Shown here piece after piece: positions 53,546 through 63,157 of a stretch of DNA of 64,000 nt. The translations under genes and the position numbers were made by a program. The notes below the pieces were generated by a model that saw only the letters and a program-made list of their open reading frames with translations, was not told the DNA's origin and did not search any database. The DNA is taken from the sequence record CP132210.1; one strand, written 5' to 3'. This DNA comes from a plasmid. The stretch's first letter is position 1. Each line of letters starts with the position of its first letter.

Positions 53546-54979
53546 ATGGTCACGCACAAGACTGTAAAAAGGAGCCTGCTTGCCCTGAGTGTAGCGGCTA
53601 CTCTCTTCATCGCCCCGACAGAGGCAATAGCCGCTAACGGACTCCAGTCTCAGATGGATAAACTCTTCAATGAGATGAGCAACACAACACCACCAGGAGT
53701 TTATGAAAGCCAACGGCGTGGCGTTCTAGCTGGTGGCCGGTTCACTGCCAAGACTCGACTCTTTGACGAGAACCTAGTTAGCCTTGCCCCACCATCGTGG
53801 AAAGCTGGTTGTGGGGGCGTCGATCTGTTCGGCGGCTCTCTTTCCTTCATTAACGCAGATCAAATTGTCCAGCTCCTCCGGGCTGTCGCAGCAAACGCCA
53901 AGGGATATGCCTTCCAGCTTGCGCTCGACAACGTTTTTCCGGACGGAGCCAAGTGGATAGAGAACTTCCAGAAGAAAGTACAAGCGCTCAACCAACATCT
54001 GGGCAATTCCTGCCAGCTCGCTCAAGGTTTCGTGAACGACCTAACCAGTGGCATGGATCTCAAACACAAAACTGATGCTTCCATCACCGCTACAACATCC
54101 GGCCTGTATGAAGATTTCTTCGGATCCAAGCAGGAAACCAGTGGCAAGAGTCCCCTAGAGGAACTGAAAGCTAACAAGCCTGACGAATACAACAAGATGA
54201 TTGGCAACATCGTCTGGAAGCAACTCAAGAGCAACAACGCCAATACTTGGTTTCAATACGGGGATAACACGCTGCTTGAAGCGATCATGTCTTTAACCGG
54301 CACAGTCATCATTGGTGATCTGGTAAACGACCCGAACTCAACCGGCTCGGGGGCGAAAACAACGCCTCTGACAACCTTACCAGGCAACAAGATCACCTTG
54401 TCAGACCTGATCTCGGGCGGTTCTGTTGAGATCTATTCATGTGATTCTGATACGACCAACTGCCTGAGTGCTGGCACCAGCAATAAAACTGTCGTGCTCA
54501 AAGGCATCAAGAACCAGATCACCGACATGCTGTTAGGAACCAGCTCTACACCGGGCGTCATCTACAAATACGCAACGAACTCTGGAACCTTAACCGATCC
54601 AGAAAAGGCCTTTGTTTCTAACCTCCCTGGAGGCATTGGCACCATCGTTCGTAACTTGTCTGTCCTTTCACAAGATGGCGCAAACCTGTTCGCAACAGAG
54701 TCATCGGGAGCGATTGCACTGACGATGATGTATAGCTTCTCGGAAGAGTTTTTCCGCGCAGCTCGCATTGCAATGGCTAATAGCAAGTCGCCCTACAAGA
54801 AAGAGGCGCTGGAGCTTCTCGCCCAATCGCAACAGCAAATCCGTGATGAATACACAATCTTGTCCTCTCAATATGGCGATCTATCAAGCCAGATTGAGAA
54901 ATACAACAACCTCCTGGACAACATCCGCAAGCAAAAATACATGCTCGCAACTTTGTCTAACCCTCCTAGCACGAACTAA
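53546..54979 (+). CDS. traH: F-type conjugative transfer protein TraH
   Basis: 477-aa secreted protein. Gene order traF-traH-traG. Confidence 0.7.
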   Translation: MVTHKTVKRSLLALSVAATLFIAPTEAIAANGLQSQMDKLFNEMSNTTPPGVYESQRRGVLAGGRFTAKTRLFDENLVSLAPPSWKAGCGGVDLFGGSLSFINADQIVQLLRAVAANAKGYAFQLALDNVFPDGAKWIENFQKKVQALNQHLGNSCQLAQGFVNDLTSGMDLKHKTDASITATTSGLYEDFFGSKQETSGKSPLEELKANKPDEYNKMIGNIVWKQLKSNNANTWFQYGDNTLLEAIMSLTGTVIIGDLVNDPNSTGSGAKTTPLTTLPGNKITLSDLISGGSVEIYSCDSDTTNCLSAGTSNKTVVLKGIKNQITDMLLGTSSTPGVIYKYATNSGTLTDPEKAFVSNLPGGIGTIVRNLSVLSQDGANLFATESSGAIALTMMYSFSEEFFRAARIAMANSKSPYKKEALELLAQSQQQIRDEYTILSSQYGDLSSQIEKYNNLLDNIRKQKYMLATLSNPPSTN

Positions 54980-54991
54980 GGGGCCATTGGA

Positions 54992-57900
54992 ATGGGAGCT
55001 TTTTCAATCCACTCTATCGGTGACTCTGCTTTTCTGGAGCAAATCCTGATTGCAGTATCAATGATCACCGGCACCGGAGACTTCGAGAAGATGGTCAGTA
55101 TTGGCCTGCTTCTTGGGATCTTGATGATCTGTATCCAGTCCGTCTTTCAAGGCGCGAAGCAAATCAATATCCAGCAAGTGCTGGTAGGTTGGATCATATA
55201 TGCCTGTTTCTTCGGCCCGACCACAACGGTGACTATCGAAGACGCTTACACAGGGCAGGTCCGAGTCGTCGCCAATGTGCCTATTGGAGTAGGCTTTGCT
55301 GGTGGTGTCATATCTAACGTGGGATACACCATCACCAATTTGTTTGAAACTGGATATGGCGTAATCGTACCCAATGTCACGGAAAGCCACTTCTCAGAAA
55401 CACTGAAACTTTTGAATGACGTTAGACGGCGGGCCTATGACACCGGGGTTTTCACTGCGCTTAACTCAGCAAATGGTGGCGGCTATGTTGACGTAAGACG
55501 TTCCTGGAACAATTACATCCGGGAATGCACATTAACCAAAGTTGATCTCAACCTAATGTCCCTTGATGAGTTGATGAATCGTTCAACCGACACGGCTTTG
55601 CGGTTCAACTCTCAGCTCTACGGAACCCGGTTGTATTTGTCCACATCCAACCCTGACGGCACTGACTACACATGTACCGATGGATGGGTGGCTATTAGCA
55701 CAGCAACTGCCAACCTAAGCAGCCCGGTTGTTGTTGATGCTCTAAACAGCCTGCTGGGTATTGACACATCAACCGGAGACAACGCTCTAACGAAGCTGAC
55801 TGATTCGCTTCAAGCGATGGGTGCCACAACCACCTCATCAATCGACTACCTGAAAGCCGCCGTTCTTGAGCCTCTCTATTATGAGGCCGCAGCAGGACGT
55901 TATCAGGACCTCCAGGACTATGGCTCTGCATTGATGATCAACCAAGCCATTCAGCAACGGAACACGCAGTGGGCCGCAGAACAGTCGATGTTCATGACCG
56001 TTGTCCGACCAATGCTGACATTCTTTGAGGGGTTCATTTACGCTATCACCCCGATCATTGCTTTTATTATCGTGATGGGCAGCTTCGGCATCCAGTTAGC
56101 CGGTAAATATGTACAAACCATCCTCTGGATTCAGCTATGGATGCCAGTCCTCTCAATTATCAACCTGTTTGTTCATACCGCCGCGTCAAATGAGATGTCT
56201 AGCCTCAGTGCTGGAGGTCTCAACTCCATGTACGCGCTTTCCTCAACTGGAGATGTGCTGCAACACTGGATTGCAACCGGCGGCATGTTGGCTGCGGCCA
56301 CTCCGGTAATTTCCCTGTTTATCGTTACAGGTAGCACTTATGCCTTCACCAGCTTGGCATCGAGAATAAGCGGTGCTGACCACGTTGACGAAAAGATGCA
56401 AACGCCAGATCTACTCAAGCAAGGTCCGGTTATGCAAAGTCAGCCAGCATACAATCACAACCAGTTTAGTGGTGCGATTGCGAACGGCGCAGAAAGCATG
56501 ATCAGCACCTTCTCGCTTGGCTCCACTCTGGCATCAGGTGTGAGCTCCGCACAGGCATTACAAAGCCAGAAATCGGAGGCCTTCCAAAGCACCCTCGGTC
56601 GAGGTTTTTCTGATGGAGTAAGTCAGGATCAAGCCTACTCAAGACTCTCCAATGTTGGGCGCAACGTTTCGTCTCAAAGCACAGCTCAGAGCCAATTGGT
56701 CAACCAACAAGCCAAGAACTTCATGGATAAGTTCCAAGTGGATGATAGCCACTCTGATGCGGTCAAAGGTGCTTTTGCCATGCAGGCTATGGGCACTCTC
56801 GATGCTGACGAAGCGGCTTCCATGCTTATGCCTATGGTTGGTAAGGTCAGGGCGGCAATGAAGGGGGCCGCTGGTATTAAATCAAACAGTACAGCACTTG
56901 TTCCTACTGGTGGTGATGGCGAATCAGGCGATGTGCTGGACATCAAAGCGCAGGCGAAGGGGGCAACAGAGTCCTCAGCTCAAGACTCCTCAAGCTGGTC
57001 AGCAAGCGATGTGTCTCAGTTCATGAAGGGTGTGAGTTATTCACAAACCGATAGCCAAGCGTTGACTAATCAATTGGCACAGGGTTTTAGTCGTTCCGGT
57101 AGCGAGTCGTTTAAGCAAACCTGGGGGGATAGCTTATCCCAGAACCTGTCCAAGTCGGCCTCTGAACTGGTGTCTGCATCCGACACCTTCACAACAATGA
57201 GCCAACTCCAGAATCAAATGGGCTCCATGACTAACACCGACTTTAAAACTCTCGGTGGTGCAGTGGCACAAACCCCTGAGGCCATGAATCAACTGAATGA
57301 CTATTTCCGAAATGCCGCGCCGCAGTCGGTTAAAGACGAGGCTGCTTCACTACAGCAAAGATACCAAGCCTACGGAATGTCGCCTCAGGTGGCTCAAGCA
57401 GCAGCTCGAATGACAGCAATGACCAACTCCAAAAACTATGATCCGGGTAAGGAGCTTGGCGGGTATCAAGCTGCACTACAGGCAATCAATACTGCGTCCG
57501 GGCGCAACGGATCCTTTAGTGGTGACGCCTACGGAAATAGCGGCATTGAAGGCCCGAATGTTCAAGGTCTACCAGGTCAGGTTCAAGGTGCTGTAGGCAG
57601 TGGACCTAATATCCCAACCGGATTCAGAGATAATGTGGCTGGGATGGCTGGAACTAATCCGGCATCCGAAGCAGGCCAGTTACCAACGAACAGCCCCCTT
57701 GTTCAAAATGAACATGCAGCAGGTACATCAGCTCTTCACAACCTGGCGCAGCAAACAGAGCGAAACGTAACTGCTCCCGAACTCAAAAAAGCACAAGATA
57801 ACCTCATTAACTCGCTTCCGGAGATGTCTTGGAGCGCTTCGGCATGGGGGGCGTGGGATAACTTCAGTGACAAGATGGGCCGCAGAGCTGAACAAGCAGG

Positions 57901-58597
57901 CGGGGCTCTCATTGCTGGTGGTCAGGCTGGCGCTGATGCGTTCTCACAAGCAATGGATCAAATGAGAACGATGACGCCTGAGCAACGCGACCAATTCGTC
58001 GCGGCAACTCAACGCGGCGATCAGGCAGTCAAAGAAGAGTTTGGCTGGGCCGGGGGCGCGATGGTTGGAATGGCTAAACTTGGCCGCAACGTCATGGGTG
58101 CTGCTGCAAGCGGCTATAGTGCAGCCAAAGAATGGTTAAGTGGTAAATCAGACCTATCAGAAGCCGCTAAAGGGATGAGCATGGAGGAACGCGGTGCGTT
58201 CTATGCAGCCGCGTTATCCTCTGCCGCAGAAGCCGGTGGTGGAGCAGCACAACAGTTTATGAACCAGTATGGCGATGAGTTCAAAGAGACAATGCAGTCA
58301 ATTGCTCAAAACCGCTATGGACTTACTCAAGGGCAAGCTGCTGTTTATGCTGAGTCTTTTGATACAAACGAAGGCCGCATGAACCAGGCAATTCAGAATC
58401 TGAAAATGGAATATGCAGAACGTAATCCGGATGGTTCACCGATGACGCAAGGTGGTCAGCCTGTTCTTTCTCAGCAAAACGAAGAGTTCGCTGACAAGCT
58501 GGTAAACGTATTGCAGAACTCGACGGGAGCTGGAGACCGTTCGGGGAGTTATTTGACTGCTGTCAGAGGGTACAACATAGCAAATCAAAGGTTCTAA
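54992..58597 (+). CDS. traG: F-type mating-pair stabilisation/entry-exclusion target protein TraG (1201 aa)
   Basis: N-terminal polytopic membrane domain and a long Gln/Ala/Ser-rich periplasmic C-terminal domain, of the size and architecture of SXT/IncA/C TraG. Confidence 0.75.
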   Translation: MGAFSIHSIGDSAFLEQILIAVSMITGTGDFEKMVSIGLLLGILMICIQSVFQGAKQINIQQVLVGWIIYACFFGPTTTVTIEDAYTGQVRVVANVPIGVGFAGGVISNVGYTITNLFETGYGVIVPNVTESHFSETLKLLNDVRRRAYDTGVFTALNSANGGGYVDVRRSWNNYIRECTLTKVDLNLMSLDELMNRSTDTALRFNSQLYGTRLYLSTSNPDGTDYTCTDGWVAISTATANLSSPVVVDALNSLLGIDTSTGDNALTKLTDSLQAMGATTTSSIDYLKAAVLEPLYYEAAAGRYQDLQDYGSALMINQAIQQRNTQWAAEQSMFMTVVRPMLTFFEGFIYAITPIIAFIIVMGSFGIQLAGKYVQTILWIQLWMPVLSIINLFVHTAASNEMSSLSAGGLNSMYALSSTGDVLQHWIATGGMLAAATPVISLFIVTGSTYAFTSLASRISGADHVDEKMQTPDLLKQGPVMQSQPAYNHNQFSGAIANGAESMISTFSLGSTLASGVSSAQALQSQKSEAFQSTLGRGFSDGVSQDQAYSRLSNVGRNVSSQSTAQSQLVNQQAKNFMDKFQVDDSHSDAVKGAFAMQAMGTLDADEAASMLMPMVGKVRAAMKGAAGIKSNSTALVPTGGDGESGDVLDIKAQAKGATESSAQDSSSWSASDVSQFMKGVSYSQTDSQALTNQLAQGFSRSGSESFKQTWGDSLSQNLSKSASELVSASDTFTTMSQLQNQMGSMTNTDFKTLGGAVAQTPEAMNQLNDYFRNAAPQSVKDEAASLQQRYQAYGMSPQVAQAAARMTAMTNSKNYDPGKELGGYQAALQAINTASGRNGSFSGDAYGNSGIEGPNVQGLPGQVQGAVGSGPNIPTGFRDNVAGMAGTNPASEAGQLPTNSPLVQNEHAAGTSALHNLAQQTERNVTAPELKKAQDNLINSLPEMSWSASAWGAWDNFSDKMGRRAEQAGGALIAGGQAGADAFSQAMDQMRTMTPEQRDQFVAATQRGDQAVKEEFGWAGGAMVGMAKLGRNVMGAAASGYSAAKEWLSGKSDLSEAAKGMSMEERGAFYAAALSSAAEAGGGAAQQFMNQYGDEFKETMQSIAQNRYGLTQGQAAVYAESFDTNEGRMNQAIQNLKMEYAERNPDGSPMTQGGQPVLSQQNEEFADKLVNVLQNSTGAGDRSGSYLTAVRGYNIANQRF

Positions 58598-58611
58598 AAG
58601 ACCGTTCAAAT

Positions 58612-58639
58612 AATAAGGGGGCCATCAGGCCCCCTTATT
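58612..58639. terminator. Bidirectional intrinsic terminator hairpin between the convergent traG and eex-like genes
   Basis: AATAAGGGGGCC-atca-GGCCCCCTTATT gives a 12-bp perfect stem. Confidence 0.6.
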
Positions 58640-58997
58640 CGTCTCCAGTCCCAATATGGTAGCGCTGGTCAAAATCATAGGAGTTTTGAAATCCACCAGC
58701 ATGTTTTTTTCTGTGCCGAATTGGCGGAGCTTCTTTATATGCTGACCGCGCAGCACCGATAAACCATGTTAGCCCAAACAGAGCCCCGACAGCCAAAGCA
58801 ACTTGCCACTGGAAGTAAGCGATCCCTCCCCAGAAGATAACAGCAGCCCAAATACTTCTGTGAATGAAAAACAGGAAACGAGCCCCCCAAACGGCGAAAG
58901 GAGCCAGGGCAACACCAAGCCCCCAAGGTGTATCAGCCATCATAGCGACCCCTAGAAGCACAACACCCAGCAGAAGAATATTGACCACATGTTTCAT
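58635..58997 (-). CDS. eex: Small inner-membrane protein, putative entry-exclusion protein (Eex-like)
   Basis: 120 aa with 3-4 transmembrane helices. Convergent and adjacent to traG, as eex is in SXT/IncA/C. Confidence 0.45.
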   Translation of the reverse strand: MKHVVNILLLGVVLLGVAMMADTPWGLGVALAPFAVWGARFLFFIHRSIWAAVIFWGGIAYFQWQVALAVGALFGLTWFIGAARSAYKEAPPIRHRKKHAGGFQNSYDFDQRYHIGTGDE

Positions 58998-59093
58998 ACC
59001 ATCCCCCTTATTATTTACCTCCAGTCTACCACGGCATCAAAAAATGCAACCGTGAATGTTCGTCGATTTTTATGGTGAAAGTTTGCTCTTAAA

Positions 59094-59111
59094 CTTTCAC
59101 ATGTGAAAGTT
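59094..59111. promoter_or_regulatory. Second copy of the CTTTCACATGTGAAAGTT palindrome, nested with GTGAAAGTTT-6-AAACTTTCAC
   Basis: Same 16-bp palindrome as at 52405, preceded by an overlapping 10-bp inverted repeat. Confidence 0.5.
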
Positions 59112-59681
59112 AGCCAGTGCGTAATAGGGCATTTGTTGACAAAGCATTACATAGTTGAACACGTCAATCAGATCGCATACACTATCAAATAGGCCATTGC
59201 TAACGCTTTGGTCCCTATCTGCAACACCGCAGAGTTACCTCCCCCAAATATCTCGCATTGTAAAAACCATCATCTTTGTGTGGTCGGGGCGCATCTTTGC
59301 CCACCCTACCCTCATCAGCTCCTGCTGTATTCGCAATTCCAGCCCTCGCTGTATACCCAAAACCACTTATACCTAAACGCTATTTACTTATCACAAAATA
59401 ACACACTTTCCGTGTGCTATTTCCGCCATTCATTTGGCGCACCTTCCATTTCTATCGAAAATCAATCGTATCCCTTTGATTCCTAAAAGTATTGTAACTT
59501 TGTTCTACCGGTACAAAGTTAAGTGTATGTTTTTAAAGGTTTTTTATTGTTGACAGCATCATTATTCGGGCTTATAAAGGCGCAAATTGTGTCAGTTTGT
59601 GACAATAAAAGAACTCTAAAAGCGTTCATTAAGTAACGCAGTTTTTGTACGGGCAATAACGCAGTTTAAAGGTGGCAAGAA

Positions 59682-59954
59682 ATGGACAAATGCCAGGTGA
59701 TAGACATCCCAAGCGACCTAGAAAAAAAACGCGAGTGGATCAAGTACAGGCTCAAGATCCAGGGTCTTTCTCTGGCCGCACTGGGCCGAAAACACAAAAC
59801 ATCTCGTCAGGTGGTGTCAACGGCACTCTACAAGCCCAGTCCACGCTGGGAGCATGAGATAGCGACAGCTTTGGGTATGAAGCCTTCTGAGATATGGCCG
59901 GAGCGGTACGACGAAGAACACGAAATACCCCTCAGACATAAGGAGGCAAGCTGA
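59682..59954 (+). CDS. Ner-like (Cro/C1-type) DNA-binding regulator (Acr1-like)
   Basis: MDKCQVIDIPSDLEKKREWIKYRLKIQGLSLAALGRKHKTSRQVVSTALYKPSPRWEHEIATALGMKPSEIWPERYDEE, with a Ner-family signature. First gene of an operon ending in an FlhC-like gene. Confidence 0.65.
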   Translation: MDKCQVIDIPSDLEKKREWIKYRLKIQGLSLAALGRKHKTSRQVVSTALYKPSPRWEHEIATALGMKPSEIWPERYDEEHEIPLRHKEAS

Positions 59955-60277
59955 TGAAGAACAAAGCCAAAGCGTTGGTTCTGTCTGCGGCAGTCCTGTC
60001 ATCAGCGGCCAATGGCATTGACCTGAGCGGAACCGTCTTCGACAAAGCGGCGAAAGCACATAACCTTGATCCTCTTCTGGTGTATTCGGTCGCACTGGCT
60101 GAATCTGCATCAGGGAGAGGTAATGGCTCTATAAGTCCTTGGCCTTGGACGCTGCGCGTTCCTGGACTCCCTTTCTATGCAAAGTCGGAAGACCAGGCAA
60201 AGGCTAAGCTCGCGGAGTTTCAGCGTTACGCATTTTACGCTGCGTTTTGCCCCGTGCATCATCGAAGAAATTCTTGA
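59954..60277 (+). CDS. Hypothetical protein in the position expected for the FlhD-like partner; has a signal-peptide-like N-terminus and an SLT-like motif
   Basis: MKNKAKALVLSAAVLSSAANG...LLVYSVALAESASG... It does not resemble FlhD/SetD. It may be truncated or frameshifted, and a 70-nt gap precedes the next gene. Confidence 0.35.
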   Translation: MKNKAKALVLSAAVLSSAANGIDLSGTVFDKAAKAHNLDPLLVYSVALAESASGRGNGSISPWPWTLRVPGLPFYAKSEDQAKAKLAEFQRYAFYAAFCPVHHRRNS

Positions 60278-60346
60278 TAACAGCCGGGAAGAGTTAACAC
60301 ACCCAGTATTGAAAAAATTGCAACAGTCTCTACAGGGACGTGGGAG

Positions 60347-60904
60347 GTGGAGATGAACATTGGCAACTCAGGTACATTGGGTCGCTGGGTTACAGCTCGA
60401 CACATGGCTCTTGCTGGGTACATCACAAAAATCATCATGATCGAGACAGGCCTGACCTACAAACAGGTCAGGCGGCTTTACCAGGACCTAGAGAGGGACG
60501 GATATTCTCTGGAACGAAAATCCAGAACGTTCCGTGGTGGTGCGACACTTATTCATAGTCACACATCCAAGATACAGGCTTCTCTTCTAATGCAGCTCTA
60601 CTTCAATATTGGTGGGGAGGCAGTGTTGCGATCTGTGAACATCAAAGCCTTGAACAAGGCATTCAGAATGTATCACGCAATCCGCAAAGAAGTGCCCGGA
60701 ATGAAAGGTGCCCGGTGGGCTCCATTCGATATTACTGATGCCTGGTGTCTTGCTTCGGAGTTGAGAAGCGGGGATGCGATGCTGGAGGTGTGCGATAATT
60801 GCAAGTGTACTTACTTCACCTCTGTTAACCAAAGAACCTGCGTAGAATGTCCGTTTTGCAAGGAACAAGGAAAGAGTGGTGGTGGGGAGAAGGAGTGTGC
60901 TTGA
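60347..60904 (+). CDS. FlhC-like master activator subunit (SetC/AcaC-like)
   Basis: 185-aa ORF with the C-terminal zinc-binding motif CDNCKCTYF...CVECPFC typical of FlhC-family proteins. Confidence 0.7.
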   Translation: MEMNIGNSGTLGRWVTARHMALAGYITKIIMIETGLTYKQVRRLYQDLERDGYSLERKSRTFRGGATLIHSHTSKIQASLLMQLYFNIGGEAVLRSVNIKALNKAFRMYHAIRKEVPGMKGARWAPFDITDAWCLASELRSGDAMLEVCDNCKCTYFTSVNQRTCVECPFCKEQGKSGGGEKECA

Positions 60905-60960
60905 GTAGACTATGACATTTCAGACCCGAAGTTGAGCGCCCAAATTGCGGCGCTCATTTT

Positions 60961-61380
60961 TTACTTCTTCTGTGGGATTCGGTAGCGCTCCAACTCGACA
61001 GCACCCAACCCCTTGAAAGCATCCGGGCGACGCCCTTGCCCACTCCACGAAACTCCGTCTTTTGAATATTTCGCATTATCAGGTTCTGATTTGCTCGTGA
61101 ACATCTCATTTAGCAAGCTGATGTCCACACCACAGGATTCCATGTCATTCATTATTCGCTCGGCCTGAGCTCGTTTTTCTTTTTCATCTTCTTCCCGCTT
61201 TTTGTACTCGCCCTCCAGTTCATTCAGAACGCCCGTCATTCTGTCAATAATCCCCCGAACTTCATCTAAAGGGAGCCCTCGCAACAAGGTGCGAATGCGG
61301 CTTTTTCGCTTTAACTCTGCGATTATTACCTCTCTACGCTCAGCCGCTGATAGCGTAGAGAACTCATCTTGTTCTCTCAT
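60961..61380 (-). CDS. H-NS-like nucleoid-associated protein (Acr2-like)
   Basis: 139-aa ORF with a coiled-coil N-terminus and a C-terminal DNA-binding motif, WSGQGRRPDAFKGLGAVELERYRI. Confidence 0.75.
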   Translation of the reverse strand: MREQDEFSTLSAAERREVIIAELKRKSRIRTLLRGLPLDEVRGIIDRMTGVLNELEGEYKKREEDEKEKRAQAERIMNDMESCGVDISLLNEMFTSKSEPDNAKYSKDGVSWSGQGRRPDAFKGLGAVELERYRIPQKK

Positions 61381-61381
61381 G

Positions 61382-61675
61382 TCACACGGAGCCCATCAGT
61401 TTTCCTTTAAGTGAATCACGTTGAGAGTTCAGCTTTTCATCAGCCTGCACTGGCTTGGTTTGATGCTGTGTAGGTTGAATATTGGAACTCTGTTGCTCAA
61501 AAAACCCAATGTTGCCAGAAAATCGAAGAGAATAAAGACCCAATAGAGCAAGGGCGCGGAGCCGATCACTACGCGCCTTATGCTGCATCTGGGACAGTTC
61601 ATGATAGAGCTCGGGGAAAGCTTGCTCCGATATGTTCAGATTAGATATTTTCCCATCCCATTTGCTACCAGTCAC
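61382..61675 (-). CDS. Small protein downstream of parM, candidate ParR-like centromere-binding adaptor
   Basis: 97-aa ORF immediately 3' of the parM-like gene in the same orientation. No strong motif. Confidence 0.4.
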   Translation of the reverse strand: MTGSKWDGKISNLNISEQAFPELYHELSQMQHKARSDRLRALALLGLYSLRFSGNIGFFEQQSSNIQPTQHQTKPVQADEKLNSQRDSLKGKLMGSV

Positions 61676-61691
61676 TACGACCTCCTATCTA

Positions 61692-62675
61692 TCAGCCGCA
61701 GAACCAGAAGCCCCTGGCATTAGATGCCACGGATTCTTCGGGCAGCACAATTCTGCTCTTAGGAAAAAGCTCCCTGGCAGCGTCTTGGTAAGCCTCGGCT
61801 CCCCCCCCAGCCAGTAGAACGACATCGGCATCCATCCCGTCTTCACGCATTGACTTGCGCATAGGGATCAATGCGTTCTGAGCAACTTTGGTTGAGGCTT
61901 TCTTGAAATAGTCTTTGATTGATACCTTTTCACCGTAGAGGAAGATTTCGCCCTTACCCGCACGAATTGCTTTCTCTATTTTTTCGATGCCAGGAGCACC
62001 ACCGTGGTCTTCCTGAATTAGCCGGTCTGTTTCCTGTAGCAACACAGACATCGCCTTGAGGCTGGTGCCCGATGAGTGATAGCGGACCTCCCCCTCTTCA
62101 AGAGCAACCCAATCCACAGAGAAAAAACCAGGGTCGATTACAACGGTTTTTCCTCCCTGAATAATTTCCAGGAGATCTTCGTCTTTGGTTGAGCTGACAA
62201 CATCCATGTAAGCTCCAGCAGGCTGAGGCACAACCACCACAGACTTAACCGCCACCGAACGTTTTGGCGTGATCTGGTGTTCACCCTCCAGTCGAGCTTT
62301 CAAAGCCTCTCTGCGCTCTACTTCCATATACTGACTTACAGGCAGGCCCGTCACCAGCACATCAATCTCCTTTTGCTCGGACATCAGGAGTGCTGCGTAG
62401 AAAAGCGCCTTATATGGATTGGTCGAAGGGTAGTCGCCATGAAGCTCTCGCTCCCAACCTTGCAAGCGATCAGGTTCGACGCCTGCAACCCATTTTTCCC
62501 CATCAATCACAACCTGAATGCTGGTCCCTGCACCACCAGTTAACTGTTGTGGCATCAGCTCCAGCGGACCTGCCCCCACTGGCATGATGACAGTTCGAGC
62601 TTCCCCACCTTTATGACCCATCGCCATTTTCAGGTTCGAGTAACCAATATCCAAACCCAGAACAAACTGACTCAT
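61692..62675 (-). CDS. parM: ParM/StbA-like actin-type ATPase (type II partition)
   Basis: MSQFVLGLDIGYSNLKMAMG... (actin-fold phosphate-1 motif) ...VLLAGGGAE (phosphate-2/adenosine motif). The listed ORF has a 35-codon upstream extension. Confidence 0.75.
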   Translation of the reverse strand: MSQFVLGLDIGYSNLKMAMGHKGGEARTVIMPVGAGPLELMPQQLTGGAGTSIQVVIDGEKWVAGVEPDRLQGWERELHGDYPSTNPYKALFYAALLMSEQKEIDVLVTGLPVSQYMEVERREALKARLEGEHQITPKRSVAVKSVVVVPQPAGAYMDVVSSTKDEDLLEIIQGGKTVVIDPGFFSVDWVALEEGEVRYHSSGTSLKAMSVLLQETDRLIQEDHGGAPGIEKIEKAIRAGKGEIFLYGEKVSIKDYFKKASTKVAQNALIPMRKSMREDGMDADVVLLAGGGAEAYQDAARELFPKSRIVLPEESVASNARGFWFCG

Positions 62676-62899
62676 TAAATCCTCCAGAGATTGCTTTTTG
62701 ATGGCTTTTTGATTGCTTGCCGCGTGTTGGATAGAGAATAAGGCCAACAAAAGGGATGGATGGCCTCTGTAATTGCCCAAAAGGGGCGTTTGGGTGGTTT
62801 TTAGGTGGCTTTTTGATTGGTGAGTGGGAAAACATGTGGGAACGCTGCACGGATAGGTTCAGATGAACAGACCTAACCCTATCAAGAGCCGCGACATCT

Positions 62900-63157
62900 C
62901 CCGCACCGGGACGCCCGCACCAAGAGAATGCTGGAAATACCTTTATTGGAATCTTAACAACCATCTCCAATATATCTGGAATCTTGAACTACAAATTCAC
63001 ATGCGGCGCAAAATTAAAGAATTTGAACGGCAAGATTCCAGATAGATGGAGGGGAAATTGACAAATTCCAAACATGGGTTAGCCTAGTGACAAAGCTAGA
63101 TTCCAATAGTGGAATAATTGGGTTTAGATTCCAGATAGATAGTTATGTGGATAGGAA
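62900..63157. repeat. Centromere-like (parC/srpC-like) array of short direct repeats upstream of parM
   Basis: Repeated units TGGAATCTT (x2), AGATTCCAGATAGAT (x2), AGATTCCAATAGTGGAAT and GGAATTGG between parM and the divergent gene at 63158. Confidence 0.5.
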
